Made by a program: the position numbers and the translations under genes | Shown here: in pieces, positions 1-7,770 of the stretch | Position numbering within the stretch: the stretch's first letter is position 1 | How the letters are laid out: every line of letters begins with the position of its first letter | The notes under the pieces: model-generated | Database searches by the model: none | Told to the model about the DNA's origin: nothing | Seen by the model: only the letters and a program-made list of their open reading frames with translations | IMG/VR virus record: IMGVR_UViG_3300024331_000096 | Location: 1 to 51,105 of that record | DNA: 51,105 nt | DNA from: a virus | Taxonomy: Duplodnaviria > Caudoviricetes | Strand: one strand, 5' to 3'

Positions 1-2
1 GT

Positions 3-776
3 CTACCCCAGCCATCCCTTACCTCCGAGAAGTTCCCAGGCACGGGCGGCGGGCAGCGTCCCGTCCTTCATCTGCCGAAAGACCTTGGCCATGGCCAGGC
101 ACCCGTCTCGCTGCCAGCATCCTTGCCAGGCTACCCGCGTCTTGTACTTGTAGAGTAGCCGGTCCATGCCGGGCAGATTCTCGTCATCTATGGACGGCCA
201 GATGTCATGCCAGGCAAAGTCCCAGCGGGTGCCCGGATCCCAGATCATGTCGTAGGCGTCAGCCAGATGAATGGTCACGCGGGGGTCGACCGTAAGCTGA
301 TTGCCCACGAGCTCGATCACATCTGCGTTGTGCTCGACCACGTCAATATGTTCTACGCTATCGCTCGCAAAGATGAGCGCAGCATGTACGACCAGGCCCA
401 GCCCCAGACCGTTGACGAGCAGTCGCTTGTGCTTGACGCCCCGGCTGAAGAACAGCTTGTTAAGAATAGGAGTGTGCTCCAGAATTTCAGCGCGTGTGTC
501 TGACATCCACGTTATTTGTCCCGGTCCGCCGTCTTCGCCAGCGCCCGGAACTATCTCGATCAGCTTGGTGAAGTCACCGCTACCAGGATCGCGTCTTACA
601 CCCTCCCGCTGAATTGTCTGGCGGCGCTTCTTGTCCCACGGAGGAATGGAGAACTTCTTTATCTGGAACGGTCCCAGCTTAGACTCTTCGTAGTGGACCT
701 GGTACTTGCGCCAAGCGTTGTCTGCGTCCTGCCTCCGAAGAAGCATGTTCATTTCTTGCTGTGTCATGTCAGCCAT
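3..776 (-). CDS. Class I SAM-dependent methyltransferase, spermidine-synthase-like fold
   Basis: LLVNGLGLGLV (motif I), IDVVEHNADVIELV (acidic motif II), VTIHLADAY, WDFAWHDIW, plus an upstream WMSDTxxE motif typical of phage members. Confidence 0.75.
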   Translation of the reverse strand: MADMTQQEMNMLLRRQDADNAWRKYQVHYEESKLGPFQIKKFSIPPWDKKRRQTIQREGVRRDPGSGDFTKLIEIVPGAGEDGGPGQITWMSDTRAEILEHTPILNKLFFSRGVKHKRLLVNGLGLGLVVHAALIFASDSVEHIDVVEHNADVIELVGNQLTVDPRVTIHLADAYDMIWDPGTRWDFAWHDIWPSIDDENLPGMDRLLYKYKTRVAWQGCWQRDGCLAMAKVFRQMKDGTLPAARAWELLGGKGWLG

Positions 777-928
777 TAGCGCTCGGTCTCCCTGTGCTCT
801 GCTATGTGATCCTGCTGTGCTGCTTCTGCGTCTGAGTAGAAGTCGTAGGTCTCGCCTTCAACTGCATCCTGGTGGCATATGCGGCAAGATATCTGATAAA
901 CCGGCTTGATCTTGACGTCGTCGTGCAT
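776..928 (-). CDS. 50-aa C2H2 zinc-finger-like protein (not in ORF track)
   Basis: Manual translation MHDDVKIKPVYQISCRICHQ...QDHIAEHRETER; CxxC...HxxxH; fills the gap exactly with start/stop overlaps at both ends. Confidence 0.6.
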   Translation of the reverse strand: MHDDVKIKPVYQISCRICHQDAVEGETYDFYSDAEAAQQDHIAEHRETER

Positions 929-2877
929 CATGCTGCTAGGTCCTCCATCATCTTCTGGCTCAGCTTCTTGGGGCTAGCGTGAGCCAGGGCTGCACGCTGG
1001 TCGTCAGTCAGCCCGGCAATCCATTCCTCAACCGTGCCTGTGGAGATCAAGCGGTACACCGTGACCTGATGAATCCTGGACACGCGGTGAATGCGGGCGG
1101 TAAGCTGCTCGTCATCGTCGCTGACCCAGGGCGGGTCCATGACTATCATGTAATCCGCTGCGTCAAGCGTAATGGACTCGCCACCAGCCTTGCGGTTGAT
1201 GACGACTACACTCAGCTCATCGTTGGGGTCCTGGAAGCGAGCAACTAGGTCACTGCGGGCTCGGTCCGGGGTTGCTCCGGTAAGAGTCAGACATTCGTGA
1301 CCAAACTCACGCAACTCTCTAGCCGTTAGCTCCACTAGCTCGCTGAAGCTAGACGCGATCACCACCTTGTTTCCCGAACCTTCGATCTGCAGCATGAATT
1401 CCTTGATCCACTCGATCTTGTTGCTGGGCAGGGCTGGCAGCATCTTACCCCTGCCCGCCAGCTCACCGCAAGCGCTCGCGAACTGTCGCATCCTGGTGAT
1501 CTCAGCGAGGATCCCGTTGGCCTTGACAACCCCGCCCGCGATATCTGCCTCCGCCCCCTCGTGCATCTGCTTGTAAGCCTTGGCCTGCTCAGTATCCATC
1601 TCGATCTGCACGTAGTTCGGGCTTCCCTCTCCGCTGATGGGCGTGCCTGCCCACAGGATAGGCGGCAGATCAGCAGCAGCATCTTTCTTCTCGCGCCGCA
1701 GTACATACGGACGAAGCATGAGATCCCACGCCTCTTCGTCCACGGGCTCGGGGACTTTGGCTCCCCCTGCAACGATCTTGCCGTAGGTTCCCTCCTCTAC
1801 ACCGAAGTGAGTTTCGGCCCACTGCCAGTAGGAGCTGAACCTGTCTGGATTTAGCCAGTTAAGAGTTCCCCATGCTCTGATCAGGTTGCTCCGTGTCCAG
1901 GTCCCAGACAGAGCGACAGCTAGCCCCTCGGGCACTAGCTTCCTGCGCAGTTGGACAGCGCCGTACCTGCCCTGCGTGATGCGCTTACTCTGGTAGTTGG
2001 CGGTAGACGCGAGTAGGTTGTGGCTTTCGTCCAGTATGATCGCGTCCCAGTCTTGCTCGAACAAGAACGGCCACTTGTACGTCGCCTCGTACTTGTGTTT
2101 GCATTCGCCCACATTGTAGGCCGGGCACTTGTCTCCCAGACCTTGCGGACAAATGACGACGCGCTTGGCCTGCATCATCTCAATGTTAATGATGAGCATC
2201 TTGGCCTTGGGAGGATCACCATCCCAGAAGTTCTGCCAGCCGGTCCCGTCCAGGGGGTCAGCGGCAAACGCTTTCATGGCCTGCTCGCGCTCATGACGCA
2301 GACCCTGAGCAACGTAGGTCTGGATCGTTGGAGCCCAGCGCAGAGTCTCCAGTTCCCATACAGAGTGAGCAGCGGTGCGTCGGCAGGCCACGAGGATGTT
2401 CTTGGCTCCAGCCTGCACGACCGCGGCCAATGTCTGGATGGTCTTACCCAGGCCGGGGTCGTCTGCCAGAACGACCCGCTTGCCCTCAAGCAGGAACCCG
2501 GCACCGGCAAGCTGATACTTGCGATTGTTCATGGCTCGCAGAAGATCCGGAGCCTCGGTAGGCAGATCCGTCAGCAGTTCCGCTCCTCCCTCGTCTTCGC
2601 GGAACTGTTCCATGGACCGCTCGCGTTCGACTGCCTCCTTAGCCCAGGCCCATAGCGAAGGTTCTATGTTCAGCTCATCGCCGAAGAGCCTGCGATACAT
2701 GCGGCATGTGTCCATGGTTAGCGGGGACCGCCACTCCTTGAACTTGTCCTTTCCTCCGCTAGGGTCCTTCTCGTAGTACGGCCTAGTTCCCGGCACCTTC
2801 TTGACAGTTTCGACCAGCTTGCGGTCGTACTCGAAGTGACAGAGAATGCGCTTGCCGTCCGTGGAAATATCGATCAT
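928..2877 (-). CDS. SNF2-family (SF2) helicase/translocase with HARP-like N-terminus
   Basis: LADDPGLGKT (Walker A), IILDESH (DExH), ALSGT, GGESITL, ARIHRVSR (motif VI), VTVYRLISTGTVEE. Confidence 0.9.
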   Translation of the reverse strand: MIDISTDGKRILCHFEYDRKLVETVKKVPGTRPYYEKDPSGGKDKFKEWRSPLTMDTCRMYRRLFGDELNIEPSLWAWAKEAVERERSMEQFREDEGGAELLTDLPTEAPDLLRAMNNRKYQLAGAGFLLEGKRVVLADDPGLGKTIQTLAAVVQAGAKNILVACRRTAAHSVWELETLRWAPTIQTYVAQGLRHEREQAMKAFAADPLDGTGWQNFWDGDPPKAKMLIINIEMMQAKRVVICPQGLGDKCPAYNVGECKHKYEATYKWPFLFEQDWDAIILDESHNLLASTANYQSKRITQGRYGAVQLRRKLVPEGLAVALSGTWTRSNLIRAWGTLNWLNPDRFSSYWQWAETHFGVEEGTYGKIVAGGAKVPEPVDEEAWDLMLRPYVLRREKKDAAADLPPILWAGTPISGEGSPNYVQIEMDTEQAKAYKQMHEGAEADIAGGVVKANGILAEITRMRQFASACGELAGRGKMLPALPSNKIEWIKEFMLQIEGSGNKVVIASSFSELVELTARELREFGHECLTLTGATPDRARSDLVARFQDPNDELSVVVINRKAGGESITLDAADYMIVMDPPWVSDDDEQLTARIHRVSRIHQVTVYRLISTGTVEEWIAGLTDDQRAALAHASPKKLSQKMMEDLAA

Positions 2878-3095
2878 CCCGCCACTCGCTCAATTCTGGT
2901 GACGTGCTGGCACCCCGTTGTGGTCTTTAGCTGCTGACGGAGCTGCGTCTCGTCCTCAGCCGTGGCGATAAAGCTGTGGTGCTCGCCGGTGACGTCAGTG
3001 CAGTACGGAGAGAACTGACAGGAGCCAATCTTCTTGTTGCGCTGGTCGTGGTCCTTGTTGCGCGGTAGCTTGACTGTCACTACGTAGACGTTCAC
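2874..3095 (-). CDS. Hypothetical protein (Cys/His cluster)
   Basis: 4-nt overlaps with both neighbours; CxxSxxCTDxxGxHH. Confidence 0.6.
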   Translation of the reverse strand: MNVYVVTVKLPRNKDHDQRNKKIGSCQFSPYCTDVTGEHHSFIATAEDETQLRQQLKTTTGCQHVTRIERVAG

Positions 3096-3268
3096 TGCTC
3101 CTCCTCGGGATCGTAGCCGGGCTCGAGATGGTCAGGCAGCTTCGCGCCTGGCGGATGAGTCATGAGCCATTCGGCAGCAGGCTCGGCCTCCTCGATGGCG
3201 TCCTCCATCTCTTTGCTGGCAAACCACTTGCGGCTCTGTCGCTTCTGGGCCTCTGATCGCTTGCTCAT
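3092..3268 (-). CDS. Hypothetical protein
   Basis: ATG at 3268 overlaps the upstream stop; operon packing. Confidence 0.55.
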   Translation of the reverse strand: MSKRSEAQKRQSRKWFASKEMEDAIEEAEPAAEWLMTHPPGAKLPDHLEPGYDPEEEQ

Positions 3269-3495
3269 GTTGAGCACCTGTCGCTATGGTTGTTGTCGTC
3301 ATTGTCTCCTATGCCGAAGCGCGGCGGCACTTCGATATCGCAATTCCCGAAACCAACCACCTTGCCGCTGAAGTGCTGGCTGCTCCTGTTGAGCGGCGTG
3401 TGTCGGAACTCGGCCAGGATGGCCGCGTACTTCGGATACTTCTCCATGATCAGGTTCCGGACAAAGGCGCGATTCTCGAGCGCTTGCTTATTCAT
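3265..3495 (-). CDS. Hypothetical protein
   Basis: RBS GAAAGGGG and a promoter immediately upstream. Confidence 0.6.
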   Translation of the reverse strand: MNKQALENRAFVRNLIMEKYPKYAAILAEFRHTPLNRSSQHFSGKVVGFGNCDIEVPPRFGIGDNDDNNHSDRCST

Positions 3496-3510
3496 GGCGC
3501 ACCCCTTTCA

Positions 3511-3524
3511 CTTTCAGTATAGCA
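3511..3524 (-). promoter_or_regulatory. Leftward extended -10 promoter
   Basis: TGCTATACTGAAAG on minus strand; same pattern at 7298, 10058, 11399. Confidence 0.65.
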
Positions 3525-3532
3525 CGGGAGCC

Positions 3533-4339
3533 CTACCAGACACCACCGTGAATGGCCGAACGCTCACGCCAGTTGGGGATGTGATCGTCGAGCATCTTGG
3601 CCCATTCCATGCGGAACTTCTTTGGGGGAGCGCTGACGTACCGGGGCCACCGCTCGTGGAGCAGCCAATGATTTCGCTCTTCGCGGGACTTGCGATCGTT
3701 TCCGACGAAGGCTTGTACTCCGCCCGGCTGGAAGCGGGAGCCTATGGACTCGGCCCAGACATCGCAATGAACGAGCCACGGAATGCCCGCCGCTATGCCC
3801 TGCCGCTTCATGTCGTCGTCTTCGCCCAGGCAGTCGAGCTTGACATCGTAGTTGCCTAGCTCCACAGCCCTGTCAACGTTGAGGCCGTACAGCCGACCAC
3901 CCCACCCTCCAGGACACAGAATAACGCCGCTGTTAGCGCTGATGGCTCCGCCTGTGAAATGATCGTGTATGCGCAGCACCGCACCAATGCCGAGTACGTT
4001 CGGCTTACTGGCCTCGTCGATCAGGTCGGCCATGTCCGAGTCTAGACCTGAGGCTGGACGGATGTCGTCGTCAGCCATGATGATCGATCGACTTCTCATT
4101 TTCCAGGCATGCAGGACAGCCTGGTTACGCGAGTAGCCTATGCCCAGGTTTGGCCTGGAAAGAGGCAGGACATAAACCCCGTCGCCGGCCCACTGCATGT
4201 CGTCGCACAGCGAGATGTGCTCGTCCTCCTGCTCGGGCTCGACGACCAGGATGACACGGAAGTTCTGGTCGAGCCAGCGTGGCACCACCTTGCTCACATT
4301 GTTGAGCCGATTGCGCGTGCAGATATACACCGTGTTCAT
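3533..4339 (-). CDS. GT-A glycosyltransferase, GREB1/TAGT (TET/JBP-associated) like
   Basis: VYICTRNR, VILVVEPEQ, GIGYSRN, IIMADDDI (DxD), GEDDDM, late GG motif and LHERWP: the pattern of base-modifying TAGT glycosyltransferases. Confidence 0.75.
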   Translation of the reverse strand: MNTVYICTRNRLNNVSKVVPRWLDQNFRVILVVEPEQEDEHISLCDDMQWAGDGVYVLPLSRPNLGIGYSRNQAVLHAWKMRSRSIIMADDDIRPASGLDSDMADLIDEASKPNVLGIGAVLRIHDHFTGGAISANSGVILCPGGWGGRLYGLNVDRAVELGNYDVKLDCLGEDDDMKRQGIAAGIPWLVHCDVWAESIGSRFQPGGVQAFVGNDRKSREERNHWLLHERWPRYVSAPPKKFRMEWAKMLDDHIPNWRERSAIHGGVW

Positions 4340-4506
4340 CGCTTGCCCTTCTTCGGGATAACTTCCATTTCTTCTACCGATCTCCGAATGACCCCTTGCG
4401 GCAGCACGGGGACCGTGGCTTCTTTCAGGGCCTCTGTTTCGTCCTCGTAAATTCCATGGATAGTGAAGTTGAACAGAAGTCTGTTCGTTACTACGTAAAC
4501 GACCAT
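4336..4506 (-). CDS. 56-aa hypothetical protein (not in ORF track)
   Basis: MVVYVVTNRLLFNFTIHGIYEDETEAL...; coupled overlaps with both neighbours. Confidence 0.6.
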   Translation of the reverse strand: MVVYVVTNRLLFNFTIHGIYEDETEALKEATVPVLPQGVIRRSVEEMEVIPKKGKR

Positions 4507-4763
4507 TAGCCGACGCTCCTTAGTTCCGTCTCGAAATCACGGATGTCGATGCGCTCTTCTGGGATCTTCTTGAACTTCCAGCCCTTTTGCAGGATCAGCA
4601 TGTCTCTGTGAAGCTTGCAGACAGTGACGCCCGAGTGGGTCTTGGCTACGAAGCTAGCGCTATACGAGCACTGCTCCCCTTTTTGCGTGGTCGTGATGCA
4701 GCGGGGCTTCTGGTCGTGGAACCAGGGGTCTAGCTTACGTAGACGAATGTTCTGGCGTGCCAT
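4506..4763 (-). CDS. Hypothetical Zn-binding protein
   Basis: RCxxTTxxGxQC...CxxH motif; AGGAAG RBS. Confidence 0.6.
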   Translation of the reverse strand: MARQNIRLRKLDPWFHDQKPRCITTTQKGEQCSYSASFVAKTHSGVTVCKLHRDMLILQKGWKFKKIPEERIDIRDFETELRSVG

Positions 4764-4844
4764 TGTGACGCTTCTTCCTAAAAATCGGAAAAGGGTAAAG
4801 CGGGTCTGGGAGAACTCCCTACCGGACTAGTAGGGAATAGGTGA

Positions 4845-4955
4845 CTAGTTGCAGCGGCAGACGCATTCCGAGCATTTGCACTTGCAGCTCTGGCCGCACG
4901 AACAGAATGCGTCGGGACCGCAGCACTTACCGAATAGCATGAGTAGGAGTTTCAT
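4845..4955 (-). CDS. Metallothionein-like Cys-rich peptide, 36 aa
   Basis: MKLLLMLFGKCCGPDAFCSCGQSCKCKCSECVCRCN; 10 Cys as CC/CxC; ATG overlaps the upstream TGA (ATGA). Confidence 0.55.
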   Translation of the reverse strand: MKLLLMLFGKCCGPDAFCSCGQSCKCKCSECVCRCN

Positions 4956-5428
4956 GCCAGCGGCTTGTCGTCGGGCGTGAGATGCGAGAAGCCGTCGTTC
5001 CTGAGCTGATAGGCCGAGATCATGTCGCACATCATCTCTGAGTCTTGGAGCATCCGGCTGATGTCGTCCAGCGTACCCTCGACGTCGATGTCGTTATTGA
5101 AGTAGATGCGGATGTCGATGAACTGGACGTTGGGGTCGGTGTGAATGGGGTTAGGCTGCTTCGCTCCTTCGTATCGATCGTTAAGACCTGAGCCTCTGGT
5201 GAATGGGCTGGTTTCGCTGACCACCCCGCCGCCTCCATGACGCTCCAGCATTTCTTTGTCGGTGGCTGCGTTGTCGTGTCTGTCGTTCAATTTCTTTTCC
5301 CTTCCTTTTATGACGAGGATTTCTCCGCCACATTTTTCATCGGCGCAGAGCAGCCAGCCCGATACGTCTGAGTAAACGAATTCGGTTCCGCTGCATATAG
5401 GACAGCTTACTTTACGCCTGTCGCTCAC
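4952..5428 (-). CDS. Hypothetical protein with N-terminal Zn ribbon
   Basis: CPIC...CxxxxC; ATGA coupling. Confidence 0.55.
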   Translation of the reverse strand: MSDRRKVSCPICSGTEFVYSDVSGWLLCADEKCGGEILVIKGREKKLNDRHDNAATDKEMLERHGGGGVVSETSPFTRGSGLNDRYEGAKQPNPIHTDPNVQFIDIRIYFNNDIDVEGTLDDISRMLQDSEMMCDMISAYQLRNDGFSHLTPDDKPLA

Positions 5429-5637
5429 TTGATTTCCTGAACTCTCGGGTCGCGGGTTGGCACGCCCTCGGTCATGTAGCGCTGATGCGCCGAGTCAAGA
5501 AGCGCTTGGATGTAGCGTAGCTCGCTTAGCTTCGCTCCTTCTTCCAGCCATTCCGGCAGCGGAATCTGAAACGCCACCTCGATCTGCTCTCGGATATGGG
5601 CCTTTGCGTCTTTGACGCTAGTACTCTCGTATCTCAT
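5425..5637 (-). CDS. Hypothetical protein
   Basis: Start reassigned to MRYESTSV, which overlaps the upstream stop. Confidence 0.55.
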   Translation of the reverse strand: MRYESTSVKDAKAHIREQIEVAFQIPLPEWLEEGAKLSELRYIQALLDSAHQRYMTEGVPTRDPRVQEIK

Positions 5638-5912
5638 GCTAGTCCCAATCTCTTCTTGGTTTCCGGTCCAGCTGGACCGATGTATATGAGCCATCCCTGC
5701 TCGAGCCAGTAGGCCGGGTCGACGAATAGCTCCTTTCTGTAGCCCTGGTCCGTACGGATGGCTACGCGCAACGACCAATAGTCGCCACGGCTACGCTCCA
5801 GGACAACGAAGCGAACTGCGCTGTACCTGGCTCTGGTTGGCGAGGTAGCTCGTGTGCGAGTCCTCTTCTCCCACACTTCGCCCTTCTTGGGCAGACCTGT
5901 CGGCGTCGGCAT
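5634..5912 (-). CDS. Hypothetical SH3-like small protein
   Basis: PKKGEVW motif followed by a beta-rich pattern; operon packing. Confidence 0.55.
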   Translation of the reverse strand: MPTPTGLPKKGEVWEKRTRTRATSPTRARYSAVRFVVLERSRGDYWSLRVAIRTDQGYRKELFVDPAYWLEQGWLIYIGPAGPETKKRLGLA

Positions 5913-6136
5913 GATAAGTTCCCGTCCTGGATTAGATCCCGCGGATCGAACGGCTTCTCTAGACTTGTAACTAGATAGCTCGCTCCTTGAAGAAGCTTCC
6001 AGCCCAAACTAGCAGCTTCCTTGCATTCTTCGACCCACTCCAGAGCAGCCTTCTCGTTCACGAACAATCCGTAGTGCTCTGATCCTCGATCTGGGTCTTC
6101 AGGCCATGTTATCTCTACTTGGCGAACGATCGGCAT
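5762..6136 (-). CDS. Hypothetical protein (3' end overlaps next gene by about 150 nt)
   Basis: Strong AGGGAGGG RBS; first about 70 aa look protein-like. Confidence 0.5.
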   Translation of the reverse strand: MPIVRQVEITWPEDPDRGSEHYGLFVNEKAALEWVEECKEAASLGWKLLQGASYLVTSLEKPFDPRDLIQDGNLSCRRRQVCPRRAKCGRRGLAHELPRQPEPGTAQFASLSWSVAVATIGRCA

Positions 6137-6300
6137 AACACCCTCCCTTGACGGGCTCGTAGAAGCATGATCGGAGCCCAGCGAGTCTGGCGCTCAGGGT
6201 GAGCGTCCTCGTATGTCTTGTAACGCTTCCGGCCTTTCTTGCTCATGTTGTAGCGCCGGTACGTCTCCAGGCGAGCTACTCGCCGCTGCTCCTCAGTCAT
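6115..6300 (-). CDS. Small basic hypothetical protein
   Basis: MTEEQRR start coupled to upstream stop. Confidence 0.5.
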   Translation of the reverse strand: MTEEQRRVARLETYRRYNMSKKGRKRYKTYEDAHPERQTRWAPIMLLRARQGRVLCRSFAK

Positions 6301-6440
6301 GATCGCTCCGCTGGCGGAACGTAGGGCAGCTCGGTGAAGTAGCCGCACTCAGGGTAGAACTGACCGTCTGCACATGTGAGCATGTCGTGGATGCACTCTG
6401 GGCAGACACCCATGGCTATCCACTGTGCGCGAGTAGTCAT
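6297..6440 (-). CDS. Small Zn-ribbon protein
   Basis: MTTRAQWIAMGVCPEC...YPECGY; ATGA coupling. Confidence 0.5.
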   Translation of the reverse strand: MTTRAQWIAMGVCPECIHDMLTCADGQFYPECGYFTELPYVPPAERS

Positions 6441-6988
6441 TTTCCCCTGCAAACCGGGCCGATGCCCAGAGAACGCGACAGTTCGTCGGTAAGGTGGATG
6501 CCGCATTCGCGGCAGTATTTGAGCTCCTTGCCGAACAGCTCGTTGGACTTCTTGATCCCGTACTTCAGGATGGCGGCGAAGGCAGCGGCCTGAGTGACCT
6601 TGTCGGTTCTTTGAGTCTTGACGCGCCTCTTGCTGTCGCGAGGAATGACGGCGTCGTCCCTGCCGCCGATCACGCGCTTGGCGAAAGTGTAGCCAGCCCA
6701 GTGACCCTCGGTCGGCTTCTCGACTCTCCAGAAGTCCAGGTCGTTATTTCCCGTAAGGCTCGGAGTTGCGTAGTACCCGGCCGGGATCTTTTTGAACTTC
6801 GCCCAATCCGTGACCGAAGGAAACTGCACTTTCTTCTTCTTCGGCGGATCGCTGCTGTGGTTCTTGGGTTCGTGGATCTTTGGCAGTTTTGGAGGCGGCG
6901 GGGTTGTCTGGGGCTGGCCGTAGCACGCTCGCACTTCGGCAACCGTGTCGTGCTCGTGAAGTCCTCTGTGGCTTCCGCGGCATTTCAT
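6437..6988 (-). CDS. DUF6011-domain protein
   Basis: C-terminal CRECGIHLTDELSRSLGIGPVC signature; N-terminal HxTVAEVRAC and GYYA motifs seen in actinophage homologues. Confidence 0.8.
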   Translation of the reverse strand: MKCRGSHRGLHEHDTVAEVRACYGQPQTTPPPPKLPKIHEPKNHSSDPPKKKKVQFPSVTDWAKFKKIPAGYYATPSLTGNNDLDFWRVEKPTEGHWAGYTFAKRVIGGRDDAVIPRDSKRRVKTQRTDKVTQAAAFAAILKYGIKKSNELFGKELKYCRECGIHLTDELSRSLGIGPVCRGK

Positions 6989-7176
6989 GACGCGATCCTC
7001 GTCTTGTTCATCTTCTCGACAAGAGCGTCAATCACGCGCTCCACATACTCGTCCGTGACGTGGTAGCGCTCGGCCCGCAATGCGTGCAGACCCAGCTCTA
7101 GAAGAGTGATCTGCTCTTGTACGCACCCGCGCAGCTTACCTAGAGCTTCTACCGCGTCGAATTCTTTTTCGTTCAT
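6985..7176 (-). CDS. Hypothetical helical protein
   Basis: AGGA RBS; coupled to the next gene. Confidence 0.6.
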   Translation of the reverse strand: MNEKEFDAVEALGKLRGCVQEQITLLELGLHALRAERYHVTDEYVERVIDALVEKMNKTRIAS

Positions 7177-7206
7177 GGGGGGGTCCTACTCGTGGAGGTT
7201 GGAACA

Positions 7207-7284
7207 GGGCCGGAGGAGATTGCGTACCCGCTGACTATCCGAGATCTTACCCCGAGGTACTCTTGCCTACTTTTCCTCCGGCCC
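7207..7284 (-). other. Long stem-loop in 5' leader
   Basis: GGGCCGGAGGA / TCCTCCGGCCC 11-bp inverted repeat with inner GTACC/GGTAC, directly downstream of the promoter at 7298-7311. Confidence 0.55.
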
Positions 7285-7297
7285 CGCTTTTCATGCC

Positions 7298-7311
7298 CTT
7301 TCAGTATAACA
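7298..7311 (-). promoter_or_regulatory. Leftward extended -10 promoter
   Basis: TGTTATACTGAAAG on minus strand. Confidence 0.65.
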
Positions 7312-7561
7312 GGGAGCGGCTGTGTCGCACAAGCCCCTGGCGGGTTGCCTCCTTGGCCATGGACGGCAGGTTCAGCTTGAGCCCCTTAATCCTTCGGCCG
7401 TCCTTATAGATGGCGTAGTGGATGATCTTCTTTGTTCCGGCCCGGTTCGTCTCGATGCGAACCCAGGCGTGCAGCCCCTTGACGTGCAGAGACTTCTCCC
7501 TGGCCTCGGTGCGGCCCTCGACTTCGGCCGCTAGCCTGCGAAGCCAGCGCGGGTGTTTCAC
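7301..7561 (-). CDS. Basic hypothetical protein
   Basis: GTG start overlapping the upstream TGA, with AAGGAG RBS. Confidence 0.55.
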   Translation of the reverse strand: MKHPRWLRRLAAEVEGRTEAREKSLHVKGLHAWVRIETNRAGTKKIIHYAIYKDGRRIKGLKLNLPSMAKEATRQGLVRHSRSLLY

Positions 7562-7770
7562 TTGAACATCTCCTTTGCTACTTCTCCGGCCACGCCGACG
7601 CCGAATGCGAAGACGCAGACAACGGCGGAGATGGCGAGGGCGGCGTTGAAGCTGATGGTCGGGATGAAGTGCCACCACTGCGCATGAGCAACGCCGATCG
7701 TCAGCATCTCGCCCCAGGCTGACACGAGCCAGCCTGCCATCGCTAGTCCGAGGAAGAACAGCAGTTTCAT
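7558..7770 (-). CDS. Small two-TM membrane protein
   Basis: Two hydrophobic segments; AAGGAG RBS. Confidence 0.65.
   Translation of the reverse strand: MKLLFFLGLAMAGWLVSAWGEMLTIGVAHAQWWHFIPTISFNAALAISAVVCVFAFGVGVAGEVAKEMFK

Noticed and set aside
5762-5912. 150-nt overlap as deliberate overprinting or frameshift
   Set aside because: The overlapping tail is low-information and no slippery site was seen; simple read-through overlap is sufficient
7190-7290. tRNA-like element (long closing stem, nearby CCA)
   Set aside because: No T-loop GTTCRA or D-arm and no cloverleaf; kept only as a structured leader
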